Positions 1 through 9,807 of a stretch of DNA of 64,000 bases are shown one piece after another. This DNA comes from Deltaproteobacteria bacterium (lineage in GTDB: Bacteria; Myxococcota; Kuafuiibacteriia; Kuafuiibacteriales; Kuafuiibacteriaceae). Every line of letters starts with the position of its first letter. Within the stretch, counting starts at the first letter, position 1. The stretch spans positions 1-64,000 of the forward strand of contig JAVJQW010000070.1 in the NCBI GenBank assembly GCA_040218735.1, written 5' to 3'. Below the pieces are notes generated by a model. It saw only the letters and a list, made by a program, of their open reading frames with translations, was not told where the DNA came from and did not search any database. The position numbers and the translations under genes are program-made.

Positions 1-287
1 TTGCCGCCCTCGTACCCGTCCTCGCGAGCGCGCCTCAGGAGCTCCAACGTCATCACGTCGGGGTCCTTCTCCAGCCACGCTGCGACCGTCCCCTCGAACG
101 CCGCGACCTTCGACGGGCGCCCAACGCCACGCTTCCGAACCGCGCTGGCGTCGTCGAAGCCCTCGACCCGCTCCTCGCCTTCGATCCGACGAACCGAGCG
201 CTCCGACACACTCTCCGCGACCTCTCGCTGCTTGTGCCCCGCTGAACGGAGCAGTTGGACCTCATGTCTCTTCATCTGGCCGTGCAT
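1..287 (-). CDS. istA: IS21-family transposase IstA, 5' part (runs off window start)
   Basis: Manual translation from ATG at 287: MHGQMKRHEVQLLRSAGHKQREVAESVSERSVRRIE...GRPSKV...LELLRRAREDGYEGG. HTH start plus the 'GYxG' motif of IstA; GGAGG upstream. Not in the ORF track. Confidence 0.85.
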   Translation of the reverse strand, partial: MHGQMKRHEVQLLRSAGHKQREVAESVSERSVRRIEGEERVEGFDDASAVRKRGVGRPSKVAAFEGTVAAWLEKDPDVMTLELLRRAREDGYEGG

Positions 288-406
288 CCTTCGCTCGCCC
301 TCCGCGCTTCGCAGCGCCGGGGACGTCGGGTTTATCCCCGGAAGCCTCAGCCTCCGATCGGCCAGATTTTCCGGAACGCGACCGGCCAGAATTTCCGGAA
401 CTCACA
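1..406 (-). mobile_element. IS21-family insertion sequence, left end
   Basis: Minus strand begins TGTGAG at 406 and carries two ~18-nt repeats (plus strand ggccagattttccggaac 360-377 and ggccagaatttccggaac 384-401), typical of IS21 multi-repeat ends; precedes istA. Confidence 0.85.
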
Positions 407-897
407 CCGGGCGCTTCCGGGAGGATCTCTTCTTTCGACTCAACGCATTTCCGATTCGACTCCCTCCGCTATTCGATCGGATCGGCGATATTCCACAGCT
501 TTCGGCGGAACTCGTTGGTCGGCACGCCGACGCTTTCGGGATTCAGCCGCTTCCGCTGTCGATGCGTGCGACGTGCTGGCTCATGGCGCAGAGTTGGCCT
601 GGCAACGTTCGCGAACTGGAGAACGCGCTGGGGGTGCTGCGCTTGTTCGCGCGCATGGCGACGGCGCAGAGGGGATCGAGCCGCGTCACCTGGCCGGCGC
701 TCAGAGGAGCGCGACGGGCTCATCAGGTTCGTATCGCGAGGCCATGGCTTCGTTCCAGCGCGAGATCATTCGAAGCGCGCTCGGCGAGACCCAAGGGTGC
801 GTGCGTGTGGCGGCTCGACGCCTTCGAATCTCCCGAGCGCATCTACTATTCGTTGATGGATAAGCACGACCTGAGGGGAGAACCCGAGTGCTGGTAG
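407..897 (+). pseudogene. 3' remnant of a sigma54-dependent (NtrC/Fis) activator, IS-interrupted and frameshifted
   Basis: GRFREDLFFRLN..PPL and WPGNVRELEN in frame 1; the Fis HTH part (FQREIIRSALGETQGCVRVAARRLRISRAHL) is in another frame and returns to frame 1 at YSLMDKH. Begins immediately after the IS end. Confidence 0.85.
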
Positions 898-961
898 TCA
901 TTCCGCCTCGGCCGCCAGCGACCGTCGGCCTACGAAGTGCTCACCTCACCAAAAGAGCGTC

Positions 962-1996
962 TCAGGGCGACAAGACGACGCTGGACTGCGCGGGGTCGAG
1001 CGCAACAACGGGCTCCAACCCTTTGCTGCGCTTGAACCGCATCGCGTGGACGAACGTCGAAACCACGTCGGAGGCATCGGCCCGGACAAAGTTGATGCGA
1101 CTCATCGGGGCCCGGACGCAGAAGACCGACAGAATCACGCGGGGCTCTTCGTGCCCGGTCGCGGTGTTGAGCATCGAGGTCGTTACGTTTGACAGGACGG
1201 TCTCGATGGGGAGCACCGCGAGCAGCTCTCGAGCGGCGCGTAGCGCCGCACCGCAAACGAAGTCTTGGTAAGTCTCCCAGAAGAGCCCCTGCGGCATCTT
1301 CTTCGTGGAGAGCTTGCCGGCCTTGGTCAGTGACTTCACCTGGGTCGGGACGACTTCCGACCCCTGAATGTCGAGCGTGACGACGGCAATGTCGCTGTCG
1401 TGCCATGAGACCGCGAGGCGACACCCGAGGTCGGTGAGTTCCTGCAAGGCCTCCGTCTCATCGATCACCCGGTTGTAGGCGTCGGTGTCCTTTGCGAGAA
1501 CGCCACGGGCGAGCTCGACGGTGGACTGCCAGTCCTCGAGCGCCGCCCGGTGCTCTTCTCCCACGCGGCGGCGTTGAGCATCCTCCGTCGCGAGTGCTTC
1601 TTGAAGGTCGGCGTTCATTCGCGCGAGCTTCTTCTTGGCGCCACCAAACAGCTTTTGAAGGCCCGTCGGTCGGAAGCTCTGGATCGCCTCGTTCAGTTCT
1701 TCGCTCACCGTCGTGTTCACGCTCGCCATCGTGGGCGCCGGGCTGGACGCCACCGAATCCCACACGATCGGCGCCGTTGCGTCCTGGTGCACAGACGTCA
1801 GCAGGGACATGTGGTTCTCGTAGACGTTGACCTCGTAGCGGGCGTCGCGCTTGGCCTGGTCGCGCTCCTGCGCCTGTCGCGCCCGCGCAAAGTCTCGGCG
1901 CTCGCGCTCGAGTTCACGCTGCCGACGCTTCTGAGCGCGCTCCGCCTCGCGTCCGGCCCGCTCAAGCTCCGCAAAGAACCCTCGACGTCGTCCCAT
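962..1996 (-). CDS. Hypothetical protein with N-terminal coiled coil and a conserved C-terminal domain (seen in DUF4236-type/Mrr-associated proteins); candidate defence partner
   Basis: 344-aa ORF with AGAGGAGG RBS; motif YQDFVCGAALRAARELLAVLP; co-oriented 35 nt downstream of the DUF4041 gene. Confidence 0.65.
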   Translation of the reverse strand: MGRRRGFFAELERAGREAERAQKRRQRELERERRDFARARQAQERDQAKRDARYEVNVYENHMSLLTSVHQDATAPIVWDSVASSPAPTMASVNTTVSEELNEAIQSFRPTGLQKLFGGAKKKLARMNADLQEALATEDAQRRRVGEEHRAALEDWQSTVELARGVLAKDTDAYNRVIDETEALQELTDLGCRLAVSWHDSDIAVVTLDIQGSEVVPTQVKSLTKAGKLSTKKMPQGLFWETYQDFVCGAALRAARELLAVLPIETVLSNVTTSMLNTATGHEEPRVILSVFCVRAPMSRINFVRADASDVVSTFVHAMRFKRSKGLEPVVALDPAQSSVVLSP

Positions 1997-2031
1997 AGCT
2001 GCCTCCTCTTGGTCGACTCGCCCAGCCGACC

Positions 2032-3375
2032 TCAGACGACCTCGACCGCATCGGGCCGCGTCGCTTCCTCTTCGATGGCGAGTGTCTTGCGAAACTGCTC
2101 CGCCTCCGGCGTGAGCACGAACGTGATGATGCCGAAGTGCCGCGCGACAGCCTGGCGGATCTCTTCCAGCGTGACCCGGAAGTACTCCTTGCGGTTGTTC
2201 ACCTTGTTCACGCGGCGCGCATCGAACTCGCGATGCAGCGCCGCTTCCAGGGCCGGAGCGTCTTCGCTGTAGATGACGGCGTGCACGTCGAACGGGAAGG
2301 GTACGGATGCGTCCCCGAGCTCCTTGACGCGCACGAGAGGATCGAACCGACGCGTCAGACCGATCTTGTAGACGCCATCGCCGAATGAACCGATATTCGA
2401 GATGACGTACACGTGACCCGAGCGGGTGAGCTGCGCGCGTGCGATGGCCTTGGCCTTGCGGTCAATCGCTGCGCTGAGCTCGGACTCGAGCTTCGCCACT
2501 GCAGTCTGTAGGCGTTCGTGCTGCTCCGCGGTCGCGGCCGCGAGCTCGGCGCGCGCGGCTTCGAGCGCCTCCTGGCGCAATCGCTCATCTTTTTCAGCGT
2601 CTTCGGTCGCCCTCTTCAGTTCCTTCTCGGCCTTCTGCTCCTCGCGCATCTGCTCTCGGAGCTCACGCTGGACCTCCTTCTCTTCCTCGACCTTCTCGCG
2701 GTGCTCGTGAACCAAGCGGAGCTCGTCGAGCTTGGCGCGCAGATAATTGCTCGTGATGGAGACCTGCTTGGAGGCCCCCAACGTGTTGATCGCATCGAAG
2801 GACTTCTCGACGCGACTCTGCAGCTTCGTGATGTTGTTGTACTTGACCTTCGTGACGGCCGCATCGCACTCGCCGTTGAAGGCGCGGAGCATTAGCTTCG
2901 ATTGCTCGCGCACCATCTTGCGCCCACGCGCCGCGCTCCCGTCGACGACCACGTTCGTCGGACATTCGGTCGCGTTCCCCTCCTTGATGAGGCGCTTCTG
3001 CTCCGCGCGCACCTCGTCGAGACGCGCCTTGTACTGGCTACTGTCGTCGAAGTCGTAGGTCGGGCGATAGAAGCCAAAGGACTGGACTTCGAGCTCCTCC
3101 TCCACGGCCACGAGCGTCGTGCGTAGCTCATCGAGTCGACGCTCCATGTCCTGCAACTCGCTCCGCTTCGACGTAAGGACCGCGTCGAGCGTGGCCGCTT
3201 CGCCGGACGCCTGCGCGACCTTGGGTGCCTGCGAGACGTGCTCCTGCAGCGCACGACTCTGATTCTCCAGATCGACTTCGAGAGCGCGAACACGAGCGGA
3301 TGCCCGGAAGTAGAGAATGCTGAAGCCAAAGGCTCCAAGAGCCATCGCGGCGGTGAGAACAACCCAGACTGACAC
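2032..3375 (-). CDS. Membrane-anchored DUF4041 + GIY-YIG (T5orf172) nuclease, SNIPE/PD-lambda-1-like anti-phage protein
   Basis: N-terminal TM helix, coiled coil, KLMLRAFNGECD (DUF4041), GHVYVISNIGSFG..YKIGLTRR..ELGDASVPFPFDVHA..RVNKVNNRKEYF. Confidence 0.85.
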   Translation of the reverse strand: MSVWVVLTAAMALGAFGFSILYFRASARVRALEVDLENQSRALQEHVSQAPKVAQASGEAATLDAVLTSKRSELQDMERRLDELRTTLVAVEEELEVQSFGFYRPTYDFDDSSQYKARLDEVRAEQKRLIKEGNATECPTNVVVDGSAARGRKMVREQSKLMLRAFNGECDAAVTKVKYNNITKLQSRVEKSFDAINTLGASKQVSITSNYLRAKLDELRLVHEHREKVEEEKEVQRELREQMREEQKAEKELKRATEDAEKDERLRQEALEAARAELAAATAEQHERLQTAVAKLESELSAAIDRKAKAIARAQLTRSGHVYVISNIGSFGDGVYKIGLTRRFDPLVRVKELGDASVPFPFDVHAVIYSEDAPALEAALHREFDARRVNKVNNRKEYFRVTLEEIRQAVARHFGIITFVLTPEAEQFRKTLAIEEEATRPDAVEVV

Positions 3376-3476
3376 GAACTACGGCATCGTAACGGTGCCG
3401 TCGTCTCGATCGCACCTGCACGAGAGGACAGGTTGGATTTAGTTGGCCCACTCTGCCGAGACCGGCGATCACAGGA

Positions 3477-4196
3477 GTGATGCTTCGCGCACGGGTTCGG
3501 CGTCTCGTCGACGGTACCGGTCCAACCGGACGGCTGTTCGACCTCTTCTTTCAAGCGCTCATCGTTGCCTCGATGATCGCGTTCGTCGTCGAGACAGAGC
3601 CGGAACTCGAACCCGACGTCCGCGCGGCGTTTCAGGTCTTCGAAGTCGCCACGGTTGTAGCGTTCACGCTCGAGTACCTCCTGCGTCTGTGGGCGGCGCC
3701 ACGAGCGCTCGGATTCGTGTTCAGCTTCTGGGGAGTCGTCGACCTGGTGGCGATCCTACCGTTCTTTCTCGGCACAGCCGTGGACCTTCGCTCGATTCGG
3801 ATCCTGCGCCTGCTTCGACTCGTTCGACTGCTCAAACTCGCGCGCTACACATCGGCGGTCGCGCGATTCCGACGCGCCTTCGTTTCGATGCGCGCCGAAC
3901 TGACGCTGTTCCTCGTGACGAGCGGGATCCTCATCTACATCGTCTCGGTCGGCATCTACTACTGCGAGCGCGATGCGCAGCCGGACGTGTTCGGCTCGAT
4001 CGGCGCGTGTATCTGGTGGTCGATCGTGACGCTGACGACCGTCGGGTACGGAGATGCGTATCCGATCACCGCGGGAGGTAGAATCTTCACGACGGTCGTC
4101 CTGGTGATTGGGCTTGGCGTTGTTGCGATCCCTTCCGGGATGGTTGCGAGTGCCCTAACAACAGCGACGCAGCCGGAAGAAGACGAGGAGCTTTGA
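3477..4196 (+). CDS. Voltage-gated potassium channel (6TM ion transporter)
   Basis: S4 motif LRSIRILRLLRLVRLLKLARY; selectivity filter TTVGYGD; AGGAG RBS. Confidence 0.92.
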   Translation: MMLRARVRRLVDGTGPTGRLFDLFFQALIVASMIAFVVETEPELEPDVRAAFQVFEVATVVAFTLEYLLRLWAAPRALGFVFSFWGVVDLVAILPFFLGTAVDLRSIRILRLLRLVRLLKLARYTSAVARFRRAFVSMRAELTLFLVTSGILIYIVSVGIYYCERDAQPDVFGSIGACIWWSIVTLTTVGYGDAYPITAGGRIFTTVVLVIGLGVVAIPSGMVASALTTATQPEEDEEL

Positions 4197-4291
4197 CCCG
4201 TACCTGAGGCTCTTGGAGTCAGCGGCCCCGGAAGCGTGATAGTCCGGTCCCACGTCGACGGTCGCAGATCCGAGGCTGCGTCGTCAGCGCG

Positions 4292-6235
4292 TCAGAGCTC
4301 GGCGACGGGGAGTGTCACCTCGACGGCCGTACCGACGTCGACCTCGCTCGTCACGCGCACCGTGCCCCCGGCGCCCTTCACGACGCCGGCGACGATCGAC
4401 AAACCCAGCCCCGTCCCGCGGTCGCGTTTGCTGGTGTAGAACGGGTCGAAGATACGCTCGATGGTCTCCGGCGGAACTCCGACGCCCGCATCGTGCACGC
4501 CGAGGCGGACGAAGGTCTCTTGGCCCGTCCGTTCGACGGAGGTCGCCACCCGGATGGCGCCTTCGCGCCCTTGCATCGCGTGGACGGCGTTGGTGACGAG
4601 GTTGACCACGACTTGTTGCAGACGCGTGGCGTCGATCCGCACGCCGTGCGCGCCGCTGGCGAAGTCGAGCTCGAGGGGGATGCCAGCCGCCGCGCGGCGA
4701 AGGAGCGGTGCCGAGCGGTGAAGCTGCTCGTCGACCTGCACGATCTGAGCGTCCGGTGTGCCGCTCTTCGAGTACGCGAGCAACGTGCTCGTCAGGCTCT
4801 CCACCTGGGCCAGCGCGGCTCGCTGGTCCTCGACCGCCTCGGCGAGATCCTCCAGGCCGAACCCAGCGATCTCCTCGGTGGTGTTGCTCAGGACCTGGAG
4901 GGTGTTGCGGACGTCGTGCGCGACACCCGCGGCGAGCATCCCGAGGCTCTGGAGTCGCTGCGCGTGGTAGCGCCGGGCCTCCTCGCGGTCACGATCCGTC
5001 AGATCGACGCCGAGGCGCGTGAGTCCCTCCGGGTCACCGCGTGCGTCCCGAAGCACGACGTTCGACCACAGAAAGCGCCTCAGCTCGCCGGACGCGGTTC
5101 GGATCTCCTCCTCCTCGCGCATCGGGATGTCGCCACCCACGATGCGCTCCGCGTACGCACTCCGCGCGCACTCGACGTCGCTCGGGGGCACGACGACCTC
5201 GAACCACGAGCGCCCCTCTAGACCCTCGCCGCCGACGACCCGGTCGAACGCCGCGTTGGCGAACGTGACGTTCCCGGTCACGTCGAGCATCACGGCGTTG
5301 AGGTCCGGGCTGTCGAGCACCGCACGAAACCGTCGCGCGAGCTCGGCGTTTTGCTGCTTCACGATGTGTTCGTCGGTGACGTCCGTGAGCATCCCGTGGA
5401 GGGCGACGGGGGCCCCGTCCGCGTCCAGCACGAGGTTACATCGGTCTCGGATGACGCGTTCACGCCCGTTCGGGAGCATCAGCCGGTAGGTCACGTCCGG
5501 ATCGAACTTGCCTTCGAGCGCGCCCCGAAAACGTTCGATGACGGGACCACGGTCTTCGGGGTGGATGCAGTCGACCCACTTCTTCACCCCACCGGACGAC
5601 AGCCACGCATCACGCGTCATCCCGCCGAGCTGCTCGATGTTCGAGCTGATGTACTGCAGCACACCCGAGCGTGTGTCGAACGAGTAGATGGTCACCGGCA
5701 GCGACTCGACGAGGTGCGCGTAGCGGGCTTCGCTCCACTCCGCGCGGACGTCCGCGAGGACGCGTCGTTCGCTCTCGATCGGATTGAGGAGGATCGTCCC
5801 GACGAAGTCGGCGAAGAACCGCTCGTCGTCCGACCAGTGGCGTTCCCCGCCGTCGGTCTCGTGGCGCACGACGCCGAGGAGCCGCCCGCCCGAAGCGAGG
5901 GGTACGTCCAACACCGCGCCCGGCGCTTCGAGGGCCACGGGGTGACCGACCTTCAGGCGATCGACGTGAGGCCACGCCACGACCGGGACGGACGCCGGGA
6001 GCGCCTCGGGTGATCCGTCGTCACCGCCGACGGACGCGATGCGTTCCATGGCCTCCCCCTCGACCATCCACACACTGATCCGTGTCACCGCGAGCGCGCG
6101 CTTCGCGACGCGGAGCATCGGTTCGAGCGTCTTCTCGATCGCGGCGAGCTGGAGCCGTTCGTTGCGGGCGATCCGCAGGATCTCGGCGGTGGCAGCTCTC
6201 AGCGAGATCGATTTATCGTTGCGTTCGGAGAGCAT
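4292..6235 (-). CDS. Cytoplasmic GAF-PAS-PAS sensor histidine kinase (no receiver domain)
   Basis: H-box LAAGVAHDVRN, N-box QVVVNLVTNA, DAGVG, FDPFYTSK, GTGLGL; PAS motif IHPEDR. Confidence 0.9.
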   Translation of the reverse strand: MLSERNDKSISLRAATAEILRIARNERLQLAAIEKTLEPMLRVAKRALAVTRISVWMVEGEAMERIASVGGDDGSPEALPASVPVVAWPHVDRLKVGHPVALEAPGAVLDVPLASGGRLLGVVRHETDGGERHWSDDERFFADFVGTILLNPIESERRVLADVRAEWSEARYAHLVESLPVTIYSFDTRSGVLQYISSNIEQLGGMTRDAWLSSGGVKKWVDCIHPEDRGPVIERFRGALEGKFDPDVTYRLMLPNGRERVIRDRCNLVLDADGAPVALHGMLTDVTDEHIVKQQNAELARRFRAVLDSPDLNAVMLDVTGNVTFANAAFDRVVGGEGLEGRSWFEVVVPPSDVECARSAYAERIVGGDIPMREEEEIRTASGELRRFLWSNVVLRDARGDPEGLTRLGVDLTDRDREEARRYHAQRLQSLGMLAAGVAHDVRNTLQVLSNTTEEIAGFGLEDLAEAVEDQRAALAQVESLTSTLLAYSKSGTPDAQIVQVDEQLHRSAPLLRRAAAGIPLELDFASGAHGVRIDATRLQQVVVNLVTNAVHAMQGREGAIRVATSVERTGQETFVRLGVHDAGVGVPPETIERIFDPFYTSKRDRGTGLGLSIVAGVVKGAGGTVRVTSEVDVGTAVEVTLPVAEL

Positions 6236-6237
6236 GC

Positions 6238-8676
6238 TCACCGCTGGGGGTAGAAGAACCTCAGCGTCGGGTTGTTCGATGCGTTACACACCACCGCCAG
6301 GTCCGTCGTCTGGTTCCCGTCGAAGTCACCCGCCGCGAACTCCGACAGCGGTGAGCACGTGTCCGATCTCCGGACCGCGCACTCTTCGACGACGATCCCC
6401 GTCTCCGACTCACCCAGGGCCGCGTTACTCGCGCCCAGCCAGATGTGCATCTCACCGCTCGTCCTGTACAGGACCGCCGCGTCGAGGTGCTGGTCGCCGT
6501 TGAAGTCACCCAGGCGCACGCGCTGGGGGTCACGGGGCTCGTCGCGGCCGTCGATCTCCCGTGGCTCCAACAACAGGCGGACGCCCGGGCGCTTCAGGGG
6601 GTCGTTGTCGCCCGAGCTCAGGTCCTCCGGGGAGCCGTAGATCAGACGCACCACGCCCGGATCGTCCGGGCCGCCGCCGGTGATGTTCTTCGCGGCGACC
6701 GTGAAGACGTCGTCGTAGACGTTGCAGGTCGGGTCGTTGATCGGGCACGAGAACGCACCCGCCGCGACGTCGCGCACCGACATGCCGTCGCGCAGCGAGC
6801 GGACGCCGCCGCACTGCAACGTCGAGCGGCCGTTCTCCAGGCGCGTCGCGTAACGCAGGTAACTCCCGCCCGTGGCGCCGATGAAGAGGTCCGGGCGCGT
6901 CGGGTCGGGGGCGTCGCCGCCGAACGTACCCATCGCGATTGCGTTCGGGGTCTGACCGTAACGGCCGCACTCGCAGTCGCTGCCGTACATCGAACCCACC
7001 TGCGCCGTCGAAGTCAGGTGCAAGAGCATCTCCGCGCGGATCTCCGTCGCGACCGTCAGGTCCGCGAGGCCGTCGTCGTCGCGGTCGCGCGCCACGAACG
7101 CGACACGCGTCTGGAAGCCAACGCCGTCGATCTCACACTGACAGCCCGCCGGCGCCGGACACATCGCCGAGACGTCCTCGGCCGTCTCGACACACATGCC
7201 CTCGTAACACGTGTACCCATCGGCGCACGTGCCGTTCGTGCACGTACCCTGCTCCTGACAGAACCAACCACCACACCGCGTCGGCAACTCACCCGTGCCG
7301 CCGTCGTGCGGGATGAGTTGCCCGTCGCGGAATTCGAACACGTAGATGCGCAATTTCGTGTCGTTGTTCATCCCGCGACCACTCACCGCGACGGCCACCA
7401 TCGGACGCGCCGGCGGGCCACCCAACCCATCCGGCTCCTCATAGTAATAACCGTGCACCGCGACCGCCGTGCGCTCGGCGAAGGTCTGCACGATCGGGTC
7501 GAGGCGGTCCGGGTGCCACAGCTCGAGCCGCGTCTGCATCGTGTCGTCCCGCAGAATCGCCACGTGCGCGCACGCATCGACGTTCCCCGGCGAACACTGC
7601 CCGTCGATCCCCGGCACCGTGCTCACCGACTCCGGCATGAACTGCTCACCGAGCTGAATGTCCGCCTCGCAGGAGAACGACTCGATCGCCTCCACGCACT
7701 CCAACGTGTACTCGACCGGCGGCGTCGAACGCCCGAGGACCTGCGCGGTCACTCGAATGTCCGCCGTGCAATCGTCGAGATCGATCGGCGCCTGCGCCCG
7801 ACCCGTTTCGTCCGTCAACACGACTTGCCGCGCCGGGCCCGCGTTGCCACCGACCTGGTCCACCGCGAACACGATCGGGACGTTCGACACGTTGTCACAC
7901 TGCGAAGAGGGCTGCTGGCAGTCGAAGCAGTCCCCTCCCCCGCCCTGCACGTTGTCGCAGCTGACCGCGTCCAGGCACACCGCCGGACCGGGCGCGAGCT
8001 CCTGACCCTTCGCACCCGCCAACGCGCCACGTCCGTCGCACGGCGCGAGCTTGAACTCCGTCGGCGCGACCGGGAGGAGCTCCACACTCACGACCTCGCC
8101 GTCACCCTCCGGATCCGCGAGCAGTCGACAGGCACGCTTCACCGCCTTGTCGAGGTTGCTGTCCGGGTGTGACGCCTCCTTCGTGCGCACGCACGTGCTG
8201 CCCGCGAGGAGCGTCGCCGTCGTCAACGACGCCTTCTTGTCCGGCGTCCGCGCCTCACCGCGCGCCTCGATGTAGAGCATCGCCGCGCCCCACGGGTTGT
8301 TCGGGTCACCGGTGTCGGGCTGGCCGAACTCCATGACCCAGCTCGCGTCCTCGAAAGGATACGGCTGCTTGCTCCGAAACCGCAGGACCGTGCCGAGGTT
8401 CGGGAAGGTCTGGATCGTCTCGGGGTCGATCATCCGCGTCGGCGGAAACACACCGACCATCGCACCCGGCACGAAGTTCGGGGTGTCCGAGTCCTCCGGC
8501 GTCTGCAGCGGGACGAACGCCGTCACCGCGATCTCCGACGTGGACTCCAACGCCGCCTGCGACGGGAACGTGATCGAAAACTCGTCCTCCACCGGCGCAC
8601 ACGCCACGGCGACGACTGCGAGCAACCCGAGCTGCGCTTTCGACTGCATCACGAAGCGAATATTGGCGCGATTCAC
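6238..8676 (-). CDS. Large Cys-rich lipoprotein with FG-GAP/VCBS repeats
   Basis: Lipobox LLAVVAVAC; repeats DRDDDGLADL, GDFNGDQHLD, GDFDGNQTTDL; many Cys. Start may be the ATG at 8649. Confidence 0.8.
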   Translation of the reverse strand: MNRANIRFVMQSKAQLGLLAVVAVACAPVEDEFSITFPSQAALESTSEIAVTAFVPLQTPEDSDTPNFVPGAMVGVFPPTRMIDPETIQTFPNLGTVLRFRSKQPYPFEDASWVMEFGQPDTGDPNNPWGAAMLYIEARGEARTPDKKASLTTATLLAGSTCVRTKEASHPDSNLDKAVKRACRLLADPEGDGEVVSVELLPVAPTEFKLAPCDGRGALAGAKGQELAPGPAVCLDAVSCDNVQGGGGDCFDCQQPSSQCDNVSNVPIVFAVDQVGGNAGPARQVVLTDETGRAQAPIDLDDCTADIRVTAQVLGRSTPPVEYTLECVEAIESFSCEADIQLGEQFMPESVSTVPGIDGQCSPGNVDACAHVAILRDDTMQTRLELWHPDRLDPIVQTFAERTAVAVHGYYYEEPDGLGGPPARPMVAVAVSGRGMNNDTKLRIYVFEFRDGQLIPHDGGTGELPTRCGGWFCQEQGTCTNGTCADGYTCYEGMCVETAEDVSAMCPAPAGCQCEIDGVGFQTRVAFVARDRDDDGLADLTVATEIRAEMLLHLTSTAQVGSMYGSDCECGRYGQTPNAIAMGTFGGDAPDPTRPDLFIGATGGSYLRYATRLENGRSTLQCGGVRSLRDGMSVRDVAAGAFSCPINDPTCNVYDDVFTVAAKNITGGGPDDPGVVRLIYGSPEDLSSGDNDPLKRPGVRLLLEPREIDGRDEPRDPQRVRLGDFNGDQHLDAAVLYRTSGEMHIWLGASNAALGESETGIVVEECAVRRSDTCSPLSEFAAGDFDGNQTTDLAVVCNASNNPTLRFFYPQR

Positions 8677-8758
8677 CCCTACGCGTCACCCCTGCCGCGC
8701 CGAGACCGCGAGAATCCTCCGGGGCGCCGCAGCGGTCGCCTTCGGACCCCGCCGCGAT

Positions 8759-9556
8759 TCAGGCGGCTTCGGAGAGGAACTCGTTGTTCTGCTCGACGCG
8801 CCGCTCGCGCCAGATGGCGCGCGAGCGCTCGAAGATGCGGCGGCTCTTCACGGGGTTCTCGACGCGACGAACCTTGCGGCTCTCGCTCTTCATCTCGAGA
8901 TAGCCGCTGTCCTTCACGTGACAGAGGAACGCGCGGCGCAGGCGCGCCTCGAGCTTGCGGACGCGGGCGCGGTTCCAACCCATCTTGCGGGCCGTGATCT
9001 CCTGCGAGCACTGACCGAGGAAGCGGAACCGGAAGAAGCGGCGATCCTCTTCGGTCTGCGCCTCGAGGAAGCCCATCAGCAGGCCGTAGATCTCGAGACC
9101 CTCGACGCGCTCTTCGCTGCTGACGTCCTGCTCCTCGCCGAACGCCGCGCGCTGCGACAGGACCCAGCTCTCGAGCGGCGACAGCTCCTCGGAGGGGGCA
9201 TCACGCATGAGCGCCTCGCCGACCGGTATCTGGCGCCGACGCGCCGACAGATCCGTGATCACGCAGTTGCGCGCGATCGTGAAGAGGTAGTTCTTGTAGG
9301 GGCGGACGCCGTCGTAGGACTGGCGGGCCTTCGCGCCGAACGCGCGGCGGAAGGTCTCCTGAATGATGTCTTCGAGATCGTGCTCGGTGCCGAGGCCCGA
9401 GAAGTACATCTGACGGCCGTCGCTCTTGAACGCGAACCCTCGGAGCACGAAGTTCTTCAGGGGCCGCTCGTAGATCCGATACACCTGCGCGAGCGTCTCT
9501 TCGTCGCCCTCTCGGAACTTGGCCAGGAACTTCGCGTTCTTCAGGAAAGGATCCAC
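8759..9556 (-). CDS. ECF-type RNA polymerase sigma factor with C-terminal extension
   Basis: Region 2 EDIIQETFRRAF..YLFTIARN; region 4 SQEITARKMGWNRARVRKLE. Start uncertain (GTG 9556; ORF open to 9691). Confidence 0.8.
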   Translation of the reverse strand: MDPFLKNAKFLAKFREGDEETLAQVYRIYERPLKNFVLRGFAFKSDGRQMYFSGLGTEHDLEDIIQETFRRAFGAKARQSYDGVRPYKNYLFTIARNCVITDLSARRRQIPVGEALMRDAPSEELSPLESWVLSQRAAFGEEQDVSSEERVEGLEIYGLLMGFLEAQTEEDRRFFRFRFLGQCSQEITARKMGWNRARVRKLEARLRRAFLCHVKDSGYLEMKSESRKVRRVENPVKSRRIFERSRAIWRERRVEQNNEFLSEAA

Positions 9557-9807
9557 GGGACCCAAGTGTTTCCAAGCACCGTGCCAGAGCGCACGAACCC
9601 GGGGGTTTTCGAGTCTTCTCGGGCGTTTGCCGAACACGAACGAAATCCGGAGCGATTTCGACGCGATGCGTTGCAGCGCAGATCGCGACATCGGTGTCAG
9701 GGGCCGTTCGGAATCTTCTACCGGGTTGGCCCGGCACCGGGTGCGGAACGATTTCCGCAGGGTTCGTGTTTGACCCGGCCCGGGCGCGCGCTCAACGTGG
9801 ACGGGCG

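Noticed and set aside
1-897. 298-aa ORF as an intact gene
   Set aside because: Chimera of antisense IS sequence and the activator remnant.
4197-4291. Integration att site or tRNA fragment at the island edge
   Set aside because: No tRNA-like sequence or direct repeat visible.
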